Below, one piece after another: positions 27,781-43,074 of a stretch of DNA of 64,000 bases. The stretch spans positions 10,974,001 to 11,038,000 of the forward strand of contig OZ024745.1 in NCBI GenBank assembly GCA_964016885.1, given 5' to 3'. A program made the translations under genes and the position numbers. The notes below the pieces were generated by a model. That model worked only from the letters and a program-made list of their open reading frames with translations. It was not told where the DNA came from and ran no database searches. Within the stretch, counting starts at the first letter, position 1; each line of letters starts with the position of its first letter. Origin of the DNA: Eledone cirrhosa (taxonomy: Eukaryota).

Positions 27781-27966
27781 TTATTCCTGAGAGGGTTGTG
27801 GGAAGTCCTCAAACACTCCTTCCAGCGGGTCCTGTCAGAAGCAAGCGTCTCCAATAGATACGGCTGGATCCCCAAGTGAGATGAGCTGCGTTCATGGATG
27901 TTATCCAACCATCTTGCTCGGAGTCTACCCCTGCGTCTCCTGCCAGTTGGTTCTGCTCTTAAAATC
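27781..27966 (-). mobile_element. RTE-clade LINE, 3' end of ORF fragment
   Basis: Minus strand translates ILRAEPTGRRRRGRLRARWLDNIHE...ETLASDRTRWKECL*, matching the RTE C-terminal GxRxRGRPxxRWxD...AxDRxxW pattern. Confidence 0.75.
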
Positions 27967-28380
27967 TGTCCATGAGTTTTACAGTCTTAATTTCAATACT
28001 CATTCTAAGGATATATAGGATTCTTCTTGCTTGCATACATTCCAAAATCCGCCATAGAAAAGCCGTTATTCCTATTTTCAGTCATAAGAATGAACAGAGT
28101 TTTAGCTTTATCTTATTGTGTGGTTTGCTATAAAGTTGAAGAGATAGTTATTAAAAATGTCTTATGAAAAGAAGGAAAGAGAAATATTTGGAAAGGTCAG
28201 GTTGGGCTAAATAAAGGTCAGTTATTTGAAAGTAATGTTGAAGATATAACACACGTCAGTGACTGTTTGGAACTGGCAGAAGGCTACTGCTTTCTATTGT
28301 AACATGTGTATGCGAGTCAATAGATAGTAAAACACAACCTCATTGCAAACATCTGACTGATAAAAGGACAAGTCAGTCAA

Positions 28381-28651
28381 TCATATTGGTGGCCTCCCCA
28401 CAGCCCCGGCGGACAGAATAGAGAAGGCGTTTCCCCGGAGGACGGCAAGGGAGATGCGCTGGAAAAGCCATTCCAACTCGCGGGGCTCACACCTGCGGCT
28501 GGCCAGCTCAGCGCCTATGGTGGTGAGTAGGGGGGTAGCCCTAGGGCCGAGGACACCAGAAGTCTCCACTGCAGTACAACCGCAAACCTGTCGGAGTAGG
28601 GAGGTATTTGAAGAGTTTGACCTCCTCAGCCCGACGTACAGCAGAACCTGG
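28381..28651 (-). mobile_element. CRE-clade non-LTR retrotransposon fragment (restriction-like endonuclease C-terminus), frameshifted
   Basis: AVRRAEEVKLFKY (one frame) then ETSGVLGP...WLFQRISLAVLRGNA (another frame) match the AE..K..KY / ExxGxxG / QRxSxAxxRGNA motifs of CRE-type RLE domains. Confidence 0.75.
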
Positions 28652-29027
28652 GTCAGTCACTGACTGTACCAGGTTGCGGCTGGAGAAGGTAACATTATAT
28701 TTGGAACTGGCAGAAGGTAACATTATATTTGGAATTACGTACAATGCCATTAATATGCCATTACCACAATAGAAGTATATAAGAACCAGCTTTCACTCTG
28801 GTTGTTCCGATGATATGGAATAATATATATCAATAAAATAGGCATAAATTTACAGTTGTTTTTGTCCGGATAATAGGAATAATATATAGATACGGTCTAC
28901 TGATTCAGAAATTAGAGATGTAGCAATATTTTAATATTTGTCTCGCAATACTTATTTTCAGTCTGTTACGTAAATCATTGATCTCTAATTATCGATCTCT
29001 ATTTATTGAAAGGCTAAGTTATATTTT

Positions 29028-29293
29028 AGTGAGAATCCTCATGGCCTAATGGATAGAGTGTAGGATTTACAATCATGATGTCGTCGGTTCGATTCCTGGA
29101 CAGGCTGCTGTGTCCTTGAGCAAAACACTTTATTACACGTTGCTCCAGTATACTCAGTGGCCGGAGAGTTAATCCTGTGATAGACCAGCATCCTGTCCAG
29201 GGAGAGTATTGTACTCTCAGTCGTTTAACGCCAAGGATGCTGGGGATAAGCAGTGGTGTGATGAGTGTCTTTGACATAGAACACACTTTAACT
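29028..29293 (+). mobile_element. tRNA-derived SINE (second family) with 13-bp target-site duplication
   Basis: A box TGGCCTAATGG, B box GGTTCGATTCC, then GTGTCCTTGAGCAAAACACTT; flanked by TAAGTTATATTTT at 29015-29027 and 29294-29306. Confidence 0.88.
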
Positions 29294-29390
29294 TAAGTTA
29301 TATTTTGACGAAAAACAAAAATAAAACTCATTTCATGGCATTCCACTGATATACACAGACAACCAGGCATACACATACTCATACATTTAG

Positions 29391-29495
29391 GAGGTGAATT
29401 TGCTGAGTTGATAGAGCGTAGAACGAAATGACTTGTGTATTTGTTCCGTCTCTCAGAGTTCAAATCCCACCGAGGTCAACTTTGTCTCTCATCTT
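29391..29495 (+). mobile_element. tRNA-derived SINE, 5' fragment (octopus-type)
   Basis: GAGTTCAAATCCCACCGAGGTCAACTTTGTCTCTCATC core. Confidence 0.7.
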
Positions 29496-29579
29496 CTGAG
29501 ATTCTAGGAAGTCGAGGACGTCTTGTGACGTACATTCCAACTGGACATCCCACCCCTTTGAACACCACCCCTTGGAGTA

Positions 29580-30750
29580 CACACACACACACACATCGAC
29601 CCCCCACACATACATAGACACCCCCCACACACACTTAGACACCCACATAGGCACCCACACATAGACACACACCCACACCCCCACACACACATAGACACAT
29701 GTACACCACACACACATACACACATGTACACCACACATAGACACACACCCACGCCCCCACACACACATAGACACATGTACACCACACACACATATACACA
29801 TGTACACCACATACACATACACACATGTACACCACACACACACATACACACATGTACACCACACACATACACACATGTACACCACACACACATACACACA
29901 TGTACATCACACACACATACACATGTACACCACACACACATACACACATGTTCACCACACATATACACACATGTACACCACACACATACATATACATGTA
30001 CACCACACACACATATACACACATATACACCACACACACATACACACATGTACACCACACATATACACACATGTACACCACACACATACATACACATGTA
30101 CACCACACACACATATACACACATATACACCACACACACATACACACATGTACACCACACACATACACACATGTACACCACACACATACACACATGTACA
30201 CCACACACACATACACACATGTACACCACACACACATACACACATGTACACCACACACATACACACATATACACCACACACACATACACACATGTACACC
30301 ACACACATACACACATGTACACCACACACATACACACATGTACACCACACACTCATACACACATGTACACCACACATACACACATGTACACCACACATAC
30401 ACACATGTACACCACACATACACACATGTACACCACACACATATACACACATGTACACCACACATATACACACATGTACACCACACATACATACACACAT
30501 GTACACCACACATACACACATGTACACCACACACATACACACATGTACACCACACATACACACATGTACACCACACATACATACACACATGTACACCACA
30601 CACATATACACACATGTACACCACACACATATACACCACACACACACACATGTACACCACACACACACACATGCACACCACACACATACAAATGTACACC
30701 ACACGCATATATACACATGCACACCACACACACATATACACACATCTATA
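29580..30750. repeat. CA-rich minisatellite (~21-27-bp unit CATGTACACCACACACATACACA)
   Basis: Recurrent CATGTACACC anchor with a variable (CA)n spacer. Confidence 0.93.
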
Positions 30751-30780
30751 TATGTATTGAATTACATTCTCATAGAAATT

Positions 30781-31762
30781 GATGGTGGTGTGGTGGGGTG
30801 GTGGTATGTGGTGGGGTGGTGGGGTGGTGGGGTGGTGGGGTGGTGGGGTGGTGGGGTGGTGGGGTGTGGTGGGTGGTGGGGTGGTGGTGTGGTGGTGGAG
30901 TGGTGGTGGTGTGGGGGTGGTGTGTGGTGGGGTGGTGGTGTGGTGGTGGTGTGGTGGTGGAGTGGTGGTGGTGTGGGGGTGGTGTGTGGTGGGGTGGTGG
31001 TGTGGTGGTGGTGTGGTGGTGGAGTGGTGGTGGTGTGGTGGTGTGGTGGTGGGGTGGGGTGGTGGTGGTGTGGTGGTGTAGTGGTGGTGTGGTGGTGGTG
31101 TGTGGTGGTGTGTGGTGGTGGTGTGGTGGGGTGGTGGTGTGTGGTGGTGTGGTGGTGGTGTGGTGGTGTGGTGCAGTGGTGGTGGTGGGGTGGTGTGGTG
31201 GTGGTGTGGTGGTGGTGTGGTGGTGGTGTGGGGTGGTGGTGTGGTGGTGGTGTGGTGGCGGAGTGGTGGTGTGGTGGTGTGTGGTGTGGTGGTGGAGTGG
31301 TGGTGGTGTGGTGGTGGTGTGTGGTGGTGTGTGGTGGGGTGGTGGTGGTGGAGTGGTGGTGGTGTGGTGGTGGTGTGTGGTGGTGTGTGGTGGTGTGTGG
31401 TGGGGTGGTGGTGTGGTGGTGGTGTGTGGTGTGGTGGTGGTGTATGGTGGGGTGGTGGTGTGGTGGTGGGTGGTGGTGTATGGTGGGGTGGTGGTGTGGT
31501 GGTGGGGTGCTGGTGTGGTGCTGAGGTGGTGGTGGGTGGTGTGTGGTGGTGTGGTGGTGGGGTGTGTGTGTGTGGTGGTGGTGTGGTGGTGGGGTGCTGA
31601 GGTGGTGGTGGGTGGTGGGGTGTGTGTGTGTGGGGTGTGTGTGTGTGGTGGTGGTGGTGTGGTGGTGGTGTGGTGGTGTGGTGCTGAGGTGGTGGTGGGT
31701 GGTGGGGTGCTGCTGCTGGTGGTGGTGGGGAGGGGGGTATGGCGGGGGTGGTGGGGTGCTGG
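30781..31762. repeat. GGT/GTG-rich low-complexity tract
   Basis: Direct reading. Confidence 0.95.
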
Positions 31763-31854
31763 TGAAATTCAACAAATGATAGGAGAAAAATAGTGGGGTA
31801 TCTGGAGACTGTGTTGGATGTAGAAGCAGGAGGAAAGGATGAGGCAGTAATAGA

Positions 31855-32187
31855 AGAGAGAGAGAGGGAGAGAGAGAGAGAGAGAGGGAGAGATAGAGAA
31901 AGAAAGGGGAGGGACAGAGAGAGAGAGAGAGAGGGAGAGGGAGAGAGGGAGAGAGATAGAGAAAGAAAGGGGAGGGACAGAGAGAGAGAGAGAGAGGGAG
32001 AGAGGGAGAGAGATAGAGAAAGAAAGGGAAGGGAGAGAGGGAGAGGGAGAGAGAGATATCTATATCTATATCAGTATGTGTATTGATATGTACCCGTGGA
32101 TCACAGCTAACCAGGACAGAGTGGTAAGGAGGGGAATGATCCATTATTGACGATTATCTTCGATATGGACTTATATCGTATGTTATG

Positions 32188-32246
<59 letters not shown>

Positions 32247-32260
32247 GAGAGGTGAGAGAG
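31855..32260. repeat. (GA)n-rich tracts
   Basis: Direct reading; two blocks (31855-32056 and 32195-32260). Confidence 0.9.
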
Positions 32261-32311
32261 AAAGCATGCAGGAAAGTGGGATGACAAAAAGATAAAGAGA
32301 AAGAGTTGGAT

Positions 32312-32387
<76 letters not shown>

Positions 32388-32449
32388 AAAGTTAAACAAG
32401 GTTCAATGAATACATCAAAGAATGAGTTTTACAATAGATTGGAAGCACT

Positions 32450-32499
<50 letters not shown>

Positions 32500-32503
<4 letters not shown>

Positions 32504-32562
32504 CTGATGAGAACGCAAATATCATCCCATGATGATATTTGGTTTTGAAATGCGCATAATAA
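32500..32562 (+). ncRNA. Type I hammerhead ribozyme motif (orphan pLTR-like fragment in (TA)n)
   Basis: TTAT-CTGATGA-[stem II containing CAAATATCATC/GATGATATTTG]-GAAA-TGCGCA-TA-ATAA. Stem I TTAT/ATAA; stem III palindrome ATGCGCAT; cleavage triplet AUA. Confidence 0.78.
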
Positions 32563-32594
32563 AATACATGGAACTCTTTTAACCATGTTTTGAT

Positions 32595-32715
<121 letters not shown>

Positions 32716-33579
32716 GTAGGGAAGTGAGAGAGAAAGTATGAGGGATGATAAAAAGAGAAAGAGATGGATTAGATAAATTAAATTTCTGACATACAATTAC
32801 TTGATATCGTTTTTATAACATTCTTAGCGGCCTTTGTCTTACCCCTACCCACCCCCACTTCTGATTTTCAAATACTAAGATTAAACGAAGAAAATAAATA
32901 AAAACATATATATATATAAATGGGGAAAATATTAAATAAACTCATGCCATTTTAAAATTTAATGGAGGGAAAGAAACGAAGGAGATGATATAATAACCGA
33001 AACGGGAGAGTATGATTGTTAGAATTTGAAACATTTTGAAAACGTTCAAGAATTTCTCCATTGTTTAGATATGCTAACATAGATATTTTCATATCAACTT
33101 CACAGAGAATTCAAGATGTAAGCTTTTTGTATAGATATTTGTGGATAGGTTCCCAATAATTTTCAATGGCATTCTTTTTCTTTTGTTTCATTTTTGCTCC
33201 GTGTTTTTATGTGAATTTATGTGAGCAAGTTTTATTTAAAAAAAACACAGAAAAATGTCTGTTTGCTATTGTGAATACATATCTGAATTTCCTTTGTGTT
33301 ATCAAATGTAATATGGAGGTAGAGAAGAGAATATGCCTCCCTTGATATTATATATTCATTGATAGATTGAAATGCAAGAAGAAGAGCCAATGGCAGACAA
33401 CAATATTCTGTTGATAATTATTTGAAATAAATTAAAAGAATTTCCACATATATAACACTTGCCGTAATACCCACGAATTCAAGCATTATACGAAGAGTAA
33501 CTTTGCATATATTTGAAAGCATGCGTAAATTAAAGTAGGCGAATAAATGCGTGAATCTCCACCCCACTCTCTCCCTTTG

Positions 33580-33648
<69 letters not shown>

Positions 33649-33853
33649 GCAGACAGATGGTGCAATGCACCTTACTGCTGCATTAGTGCTGCAGAAACTC
33701 GAGTCCGGGAACCTTATAGGCACCCGTTTTACGTGTGTTGTGTTGAGGCAAATAACTATGTGTATACTCTGGTAATGTATCTTACATTGCCCATGGAGTG
33801 CCCTGAGATACAACCGGTACTGGCATTGATAAATATGCTGGGTCCGTCAACCC

Positions 33854-33890
<37 letters not shown>

Positions 33891-33891
<1 letters not shown>

Positions 33892-34068
33892 GCAGTATCA
33901 GTAGAGGGTCGGACGCAATGCTTTCCAGTGTAGTTACGTCCCTTTACGATCTGAGTTCAAATCCCGCCGAGGTTGACTTTGCCTTTCATCCTTACGGGGT
34001 CGATAAAATAAAGTACCAGTAATGCACTGGGATAATTGCTGGCCTTGTGCCTAAAGTAGAAACAATTA
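33891..34068 (+). mobile_element. tRNA-derived SINE (octopus-type)
   Basis: CTGAGTTCAAATCCCGCCGAGGTTGACTTTGCCTTTCATCCTTACGGGGTCGATAAAATAAAGTACCAGT...GGCCTTGTGCCTAAAGTAGAAAC. Confidence 0.88.
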
Positions 34069-34127
34069 TATATATATATATAAAATTAATAAATATTATA
34101 TACATATAATTTATATTGTATATATTA

Positions 34128-34148
34128 TCTATATATATAAAACTGAGG

Positions 34149-34185
<37 letters not shown>

Positions 34186-34778
34186 AGTTTGAATCCCTAA
34201 AACTCGAGAAGTACCCAACCGATTTTGTTCAAACTTTACATGTGTATTACTTATGTTTCAGGGAGTGTTATGCACAAATTCAACTTTTTGATCCCCTAGG
34301 GCCCGCATTAGGTGAAAAACTGCGTTTTTTCAGCTTTTTAGGTTTTTTTTGAGGCGTTACGTTAGACCGATTTCCTTGAAATTGTAGCTATGTATTAGTC
34401 AGTTTCTTCTTCATACTGCGAGCAAAGAAAATCCAACTTTTTTATGGCCTAGGGCCCGCATTAGGTGAAAAACTTCATTTTTTCAGCTTTTTAGGGCTTT
34501 TTTGAGGCGTTGCGTCTAGCCGATTTTCAAGAAATTTCAAGACATATTATGTACATTAAAATAAATTCATTTTCTTGATCCCCTAGGGCTCGCATTAGGT
34601 GAAAACCTGAACTTTTCCTGCTTCATCGAAGAAAATCTTAAAGATTATCCAGCCATCAGAGTATTCGGTTTATTTTCTTTACATATTGTCCAGGCATGCA
34701 GTTTTTCCACGATTAGGTCTGTTGGCGGCCCGCGTTCCAAAATACCTTATCCAGTGTAACGCTGGGTACCACTACTAG
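34128..34778 (+). mobile_element. Non-autonomous Helitron, complete
   Basis: 5' A|TCTATATATATAAAA; internal (GT)n; three CCTAGGGCCCGCATTAGGTGAAAA-type subrepeats; 3' hairpin CCAGTG-TAA-CGCTGG (34751-34765) followed by CTAG (34775-34778). Confidence 0.85.
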
Positions 34779-35007
<229 letters not shown>

Positions 35008-35389
35008 GAGGAACTCAGGAGAGTCAACGGCCAACCAATAAAGATTTTTTTATGGAGCGAGAGACTCCTAGTCTTCATTAAGAGATCTCTTTAGAAGGTC
35101 ACTCTGATATAAAACCTGCGACTTCGTTTACATCCAATGATGTAGACCAGTTCTACTCTTTGAATAAATGCATTCGATGGTCAGAAAGTGGGATTGGCCC
35201 CGTGCAACCCTTTCCTCCCTCAAAAAAGCTTCAAGCGCAAACATGGCTTGATATGTGACATTTTGCGATGCATTGCATTGCTGGACCTGGGCAAGCCCCT
35301 AGCTTGACTAAAAAGCCACCTTCGTGTTGGTCATGCTTAAGTATCAAGCGATAGCATTTCTCGAAATCGAGTTGCAGCCATCACACTCA

Positions 35390-37069
<1,680 letters not shown>

Positions 37070-37126
37070 ATAAAGTATGAATTTCTACGTGTAAAAAATA
37101 CATATAGGGATTATATATATGTATAT

Positions 37127-38997
37127 ATCTTCACCCTGAAAGATCACAAGATAGACTTTACTTCTAACCCTACATGTAGACTAAATAACCCGGTACGCAC
37201 AGATATGGGACTAGTCAGTAAGACCATACTTAGAAACATAGTTAAGACCATTAGGACCAAGTCCAACCTGCTCCAGTGGGAGAACAGCGACTCCGTAATT
37301 AAGTGGTTTAACTCCTTAAAATCAAAAAAAGCGAAGTTCACACAGAGTGACATTGTCGATTTTTACCCGTCGATCTCAGAGACCCTGTTAAACTTCGTTG
37401 GACTTCGCTACCACTTATAACACCGTCGATGGTTTAGACAGGGAAATCATCGCTCACTGCCGGAAAACCCTCCTCTTCAACGACGGAGTAGCCTGGGCAA
37501 TGAAGTCTACAACTTCAGACCTATTCGACGTCTCCATGGGATCGTTCGACAGTGCTGACGTATGTGACTTGGTTGGCCTTTTTATCTTAGACATATTACG
37601 TGTTAGATTCCCGGACTTCCACACGGGAATATACCGTGACGATGGACTGACTTTATCGAGCCATAAAAGTGGTCACGACCTCGACCGGTTTAAAAAAGAC
37701 TTAGCTTCTACCTTCAATGAGTTAGGCCTTAGGATAACAGTAGCCACCAACCTCTCTAGCGTAGATTTCTTAGACAGTAATTTAGACCTTCTAACACACA
37801 CCCACAGACCGGTCCACAAGCTAAACGAGAAACTTAATTACATCCACAAGGACTCATGCCACCCTCCCACTGTTTTTAGAAACTTCGTTAAGAATATCAG
37901 TACTAGAATCTCAAGATTCTCCTCTAATAAGGCTATCTTTGACTGGGCGGCACCCTACTATAACACGGCGTTAGCTAACAACGGCTTCTCACAACCTATC
38001 ACTTACTCTCCCACTAGCAACAACACCATTAAGAAAAGTAAGCGCAACAATAGACAAACTATCTGGTTCTCTCCTCCCTTCTCATTCAACGTTAAAACCA
38101 ATATAGGAAAAAAATTTCTAACCCTCTTAGATAGACACTTCCCCATAGGTCATAAATACCGCCCCATCTTTAACCGACACAAAGTTAAACTAGGATGCTC
38201 CTGCGCTAAGAACACGAAGGCCCACATCACCAGCAGCCCTAGGAGCAACACCCCACCAGGGTGCTCTTGCCGTAAGCCTGAAGCTTGCCCCCTTCAACAA
38301 CAATGCAACACACCAGCTGTAATCTATGAAGCTGTGGTCACTTCCAACCGACCAAACGAACCATGTGGGCATGGCGGAGGGCCGATTCAAGGAACGTTTC
38401 CTGAACCACCAGTCTACCTTCAGATACCCGGACAGACGTTCATCCACGAAACTCGCGAGCCACGTATGGTACCTCAAGGACTCAAGTACAGACTACTCCA
38501 TCCAATGGAAAGCCATCACTAAGTCCAAACCATACGCAAGGGGAAATCCGACGTGTGGCTTATGTATTGAAGAACGAATAACTATTCTAAAGAGATTACG
38601 CAATAGTGATTGCCTAAACACGAGAAGTGAATTTTCCACACGTTGTCCACACGTCGCCAAACACCTATTACTTAACTACAAGGCTCCGGGCTGATTCTTT
38701 GTAATTTTATTTTATTTTCAACCTAAAAACTTTTCGGACTTTCGCAGTTATCTCCGTACACCTCTCGCACGCAGTCTAGTATTGCCTGTGTGAAGTGACC
38801 GGGTTTCTGCGCATGCGCGTTCGTACGGTTGTCCTTCCTGTTCCTATAACCATGCCCATCCCGAGCTGAAGATCCGCTAAGGTGAAACAATTGTTCTCGG
38901 TATGGTGAACTAACTGTTGTGTAACCACTTCTACCTAACTCGTCTCTTGGACTGAGTGCTCTACCACTACGGATATTACCTTCCAGTATTCCACCAC
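37127..38997 (+). mobile_element. Penelope-like retroelement (Naiad-type), 5'-truncated, two frameshifts
   Basis: FTLKDHK...CRL from 37130; DIVDFYPSISE; MGSFDSADVCDLVGL; GIYRDDGL; DFLD; WFSPPFS; CSC-x5-CPL-x3-C; VIYEA...HVG (GIY-YIG); CGLC...LNxRxE...CPH. Frameshifts near 37395 and 38360. (TA)n on both flanks; hammerhead in the 3' region. Confidence 0.93.
38861..38900 (+). ncRNA. Minimal type I hammerhead ribozyme in the 3' pLTR of the Penelope-like element
   Basis: CCGAG-CTGAAGA-TCCGCTAAGGT-GAAA-CAATTG-TT-CTCGG. Stem I CCGAG/CTCGG; palindromic stem III ACAATTGT; triplet GUU; same strand as the RT ORF. Confidence 0.85.
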
Positions 38998-39154
38998 TAT
39001 ATATATATATATAACAAAGGAAATGTGGTAAGGAACCAGATGGACCACAACGCACCAAAGTACTCAATACTTAGGGTAGTAGAGTGGGTAATAGGAACGA
39101 GTAGGACACCGACGGCTGAGCTCAAGCCGTTTCGACGGCTAATTCTGAACTAAA

Positions 39155-39232
<78 letters not shown>

Positions 39233-39579
39233 AAGGTATATATTGAGTTAGGAACTCAAAATAGTCTCTTACAATAAAATAGCTCTAAGAAAGAGATATT
39301 TCTGAGCCGTATATTATAATAGACTATAAAAGAAAAGCGAACACAGATATATAGATATATGTGTTCAAATCGTAAAGGACCTGATTCGCTAAGATGAAAA
39401 GAATACTAACTATAGACAATATGGTTTGCCTGTCTCAATTTAAGAAAAAATTAAGAAAATAAATACAAACCGGAATTGTGGTAACTACCAATCACCCAGA
39501 CAACTTGTTGCCTCGCTGTTATTTTTAGTGGTGTGGGTTTGTGAGACTCGCTAGGACGCCATGTGCGCTGTTTTATGTC

Positions 39580-39642
39580 CATGCATTGTTTCCTACATAA
39601 ACATATATCAGAATGCATAAACATAGACGTATTTGCATGTAT

Positions 39643-39674
<32 letters not shown>

Positions 39675-39761
39675 GTGTGTATGTGTCTATGTATGTGTAT
39701 ACATGCAAATACGTCTATGTTTATGCATTCTGATATATGTTTATGTAGGAAACCATGTATG
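39580..39761. repeat. Hairpin with ~58-bp perfect arms around a CA/TA microsatellite
   Basis: 39588-39645 (GTTTCCTACATAAACATATATCAGAATGCATAAACATAGACGTATTTGCATGTATACAC) is the reverse complement of 39695-39753. Confidence 0.92.
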
Positions 39762-40183
39762 CACATAAACACACACACATAAACCCACAAACACACAGAC
39801 AAACGCATATACAAATGTTTATATTTGCATACATGCATGTCAATTTATATGCATGTAGTTATGCCATAAGCATACATGCATATATAATTACATGCACCAG
39901 CATTTATGGATGAATATCTTTATAGAGGGAATTCGTATTACTTTTTCTATTTATTTAGTTTTAAAAGCTACCTTTTACGACAGAAAACGCAATAAAGAAT
40001 CATTTCCAACGTAGATTATATAAAAGTTTAATATTTCTAATTAATATTAATATTTGTGTGAATAGCAAAGGGGGGACATAAGTGGTTTTATGTTAAAATA
40101 TCGGAAGATAATGTCAAGTAGACCTAGAAACTGTCATAGAATTATTGTTCCTTTCACCGGTTTGTCATTGTAAGGTCTTCACT

Positions 40184-40217
<34 letters not shown>

Positions 40218-40514
40218 TCTTCGTGAGTGTGTGTAAGTGTACCTGTGTGTAAGTGTACCTGTGTGTGTGAGTGTATGTGTGTGTGTTTGCGTGTGGGTAT
40301 GCATGTTTGTGTGTGCATGTGTGTGTCTGTGTCTGTGTGTGTCTGTGTGCGTATATATGTGTGTGTATTTATGTGTGTGTATATGTATGTGTGTGTGTGT
40401 ATGTAAGTGTGTGTGTCTGTGTAAGTGTATGTATGTATGCGTGTGTGTAAGTGTGTGTGTGTATGTGTAACTATATGTATGTGTGTCTGTGTAGGTGTAT
40501 ATATATATGTGTGT

Positions 40515-40555
<41 letters not shown>
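40184..40555. repeat. (GT)n-rich degenerate microsatellite
   Basis: Direct reading. Confidence 0.9.
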
Positions 40556-40664
40556 GGACCTCCGTCGTTTCCGACGATGAATATTCCAGTTGATTCAATC
40601 ACGTGACATACAATAGTTTTTGTTTACATTGTAACAAATAATGGCAAAGTGTTTCAGGGAAATC

Positions 40665-41262
40665 AGCACAACACAAGTGATACTCTACGACCAGTGGTCA
40701 GCACAAGGACACAGGTGATGCTCTACGACCAGTGGTCAGCACAAGGACACAGGTGATACTCTACGACCAGTGGTTAGCACAAGGACACAGGTGATACTCT
40801 ACGACCAGTGGTCAGCACAAGGACACAGGTGATACTCTACGACCAGTGGTCAGCACAAGGACACAGGTGATACTCTACGACCAGTGGTTAGCACAAGGAC
40901 ACAGGTGATACTCTACGACCAGTGGTCAGCACAAGGACACAGGTGATTCTCTACGACCAGTGGTTAGCACAAGGACACAGGTGATACTATACGACCAGTG
41001 GTCAGCACAAGGACACAGGTGATACTCTAGAACCAGTGGTCACCACAAGGGCACAGGTGATTCTCTACGACCAGTGGTCACCACAAGGACACATGTTATA
41101 CTCTACGACCAGTGGTCACCACAAGGACATAGGTGATACTATACGACCAGTAGTCACCACAAGGATACAGATGATTCTCTACGACCAGTGGTCAGCACAA
41201 CACAGGTGATTCTCTACGACCAGTAGTCACCACAAGGACACACAGGTGATTCTCTACGACCA
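40665..41262. repeat. 38-bp minisatellite (CTCTACGACCAGTGGTCAGCACAAGGACACAGGTGATA) x ~15
   Basis: Period 38 (40683 to 40721); diverges toward the 3' end; each unit contains the small inverted repeat GACCA-G-TGGTC. Confidence 0.96.
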
Positions 41263-41497
41263 ATTCATGATAAAATGCAATCTAATGTTATATGTTTAAC
41301 TCGAAACCAACAATGTTTTTTCTCTTTTTATTAACATTGAGAATAAGGTGGAAATGTGTATTTAAAAATATTTAATTAAGGTTAAAGGGAAATAAGATTT
41401 AATATTCAATTTAAGCAGAATTATGATCGAAATCATTTCAAACGGGGACAGTTCTGTCTTTCTTTTCTTAAAAAACATCAATGGATCTTAAACAACC

Positions 41498-41858
41498 TGT
41501 CTCAAAATAATAATTGTTTCCACTTTTAGTACAAGGCCAGCAATTATCCCAGTGTATTACTGGTACTTTATTTTATCGACCCCGTAATGATGAAAGGCAA
41601 AGTTAACCTCGGTGGGATTTGAACTCAGATAGTAAAGGGACGTAACTCTGCTGGAAAGCATGTCCTACCCTCTACCGATACTGACAATTCACCCACTGTC
41701 TCAGAATAATAATTGTTTCTACATTTGGCACAAGGCCAGCAATTACCCAGTACATTACTGGTACTTTATTTTATCGACCCCGTAAGGATGAAAGGCAAAG
41801 TTAACCTCGGTGGGATTTGAACTCAGATAGTAAAGGGACGTAACTAATCTGGAAAGCG
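41498..41858 (-). mobile_element. Two tandem tRNA-SINE copies (octopus-type), 199-bp period
   Basis: TGTCTCA[A/G]AATAATAATTGTTTC at 41498 and 41697, each followed by the reverse complement of the 33891 SINE. Confidence 0.85.
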
Positions 41859-42462
41859 AGGAGGTGAATTTGGTTGCTATTTCTAAGAGTTAGACCTAAC
41901 GTATCGAGATTCTTTTATTATGTTACCGCTTTTAGTACACTTCTGCTATAAAAGACAACAGCTTTAACGATACAGTTTCTTTAGGTTAAATTTCAATTTC
42001 AATTTCAGATTCTTTAGATAAATTCAGACTGTTTAATTTTCCCTAAATTTCCATCATACTTGGAAAGTGCTAAATAAAACTGAATGCAACAATGTATATA
42101 TATTTTCTTTAGCCCATTGACAAAAAAAAAAAAAAAAAAAAAAAAAAAACAGGAAAAAAAGAAATAAAGAAGCTTTCTTGAAAGAATTATCTCTACTTGA
42201 AATTAACGTCTTTGACGTTCGTTCAGCCTAAGTTCGCCTAACAAAGACGTTAAAATCAATTGTATCATTCGTTATACAAGAAACCGGATCTTTTATACTT
42301 TCTATGTTAAGTTTCAACCTATATTTTCTCTAACTAGATTGGATTTCTTATAAGTCTACCATGAATATACAGATACCTGTCTTTAAGCTTTTAATTCCTC
42401 CTCTAATTTAATCCAGCATCATCAGTGACCCTCAAGGAATTTGCTTTCGGTGAACTGCTATG

Positions 42463-43035
<573 letters not shown>

Positions 43036-43074
43036 TAGAAAGATTTGAATGGATACAGTTTAGTTGAAAGGAAT

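Noticed and set aside
29040-29100. tRNA gene
   Set aside because: A and B boxes are present but there is no full cloverleaf; the sequence continues into a SINE body with a TSD.
29460-32144. Long His/Thr-, Val/Cys- or Gly/Trp-rich ORFs
   Set aside because: Translations of CA, GT and GGT simple repeats, open in many frames simultaneously.
40665-41262. 38-bp repeat as a CRISPR array
   Set aside because: Contiguous units with no unique spacers, no cas genes, and a eukaryotic context.
42300-42460. Minus-strand CTGATGA (42419-42425) as a hammerhead
   Set aside because: No downstream complement to GGGTCA and no pairing stem III after the available GAAA motifs.
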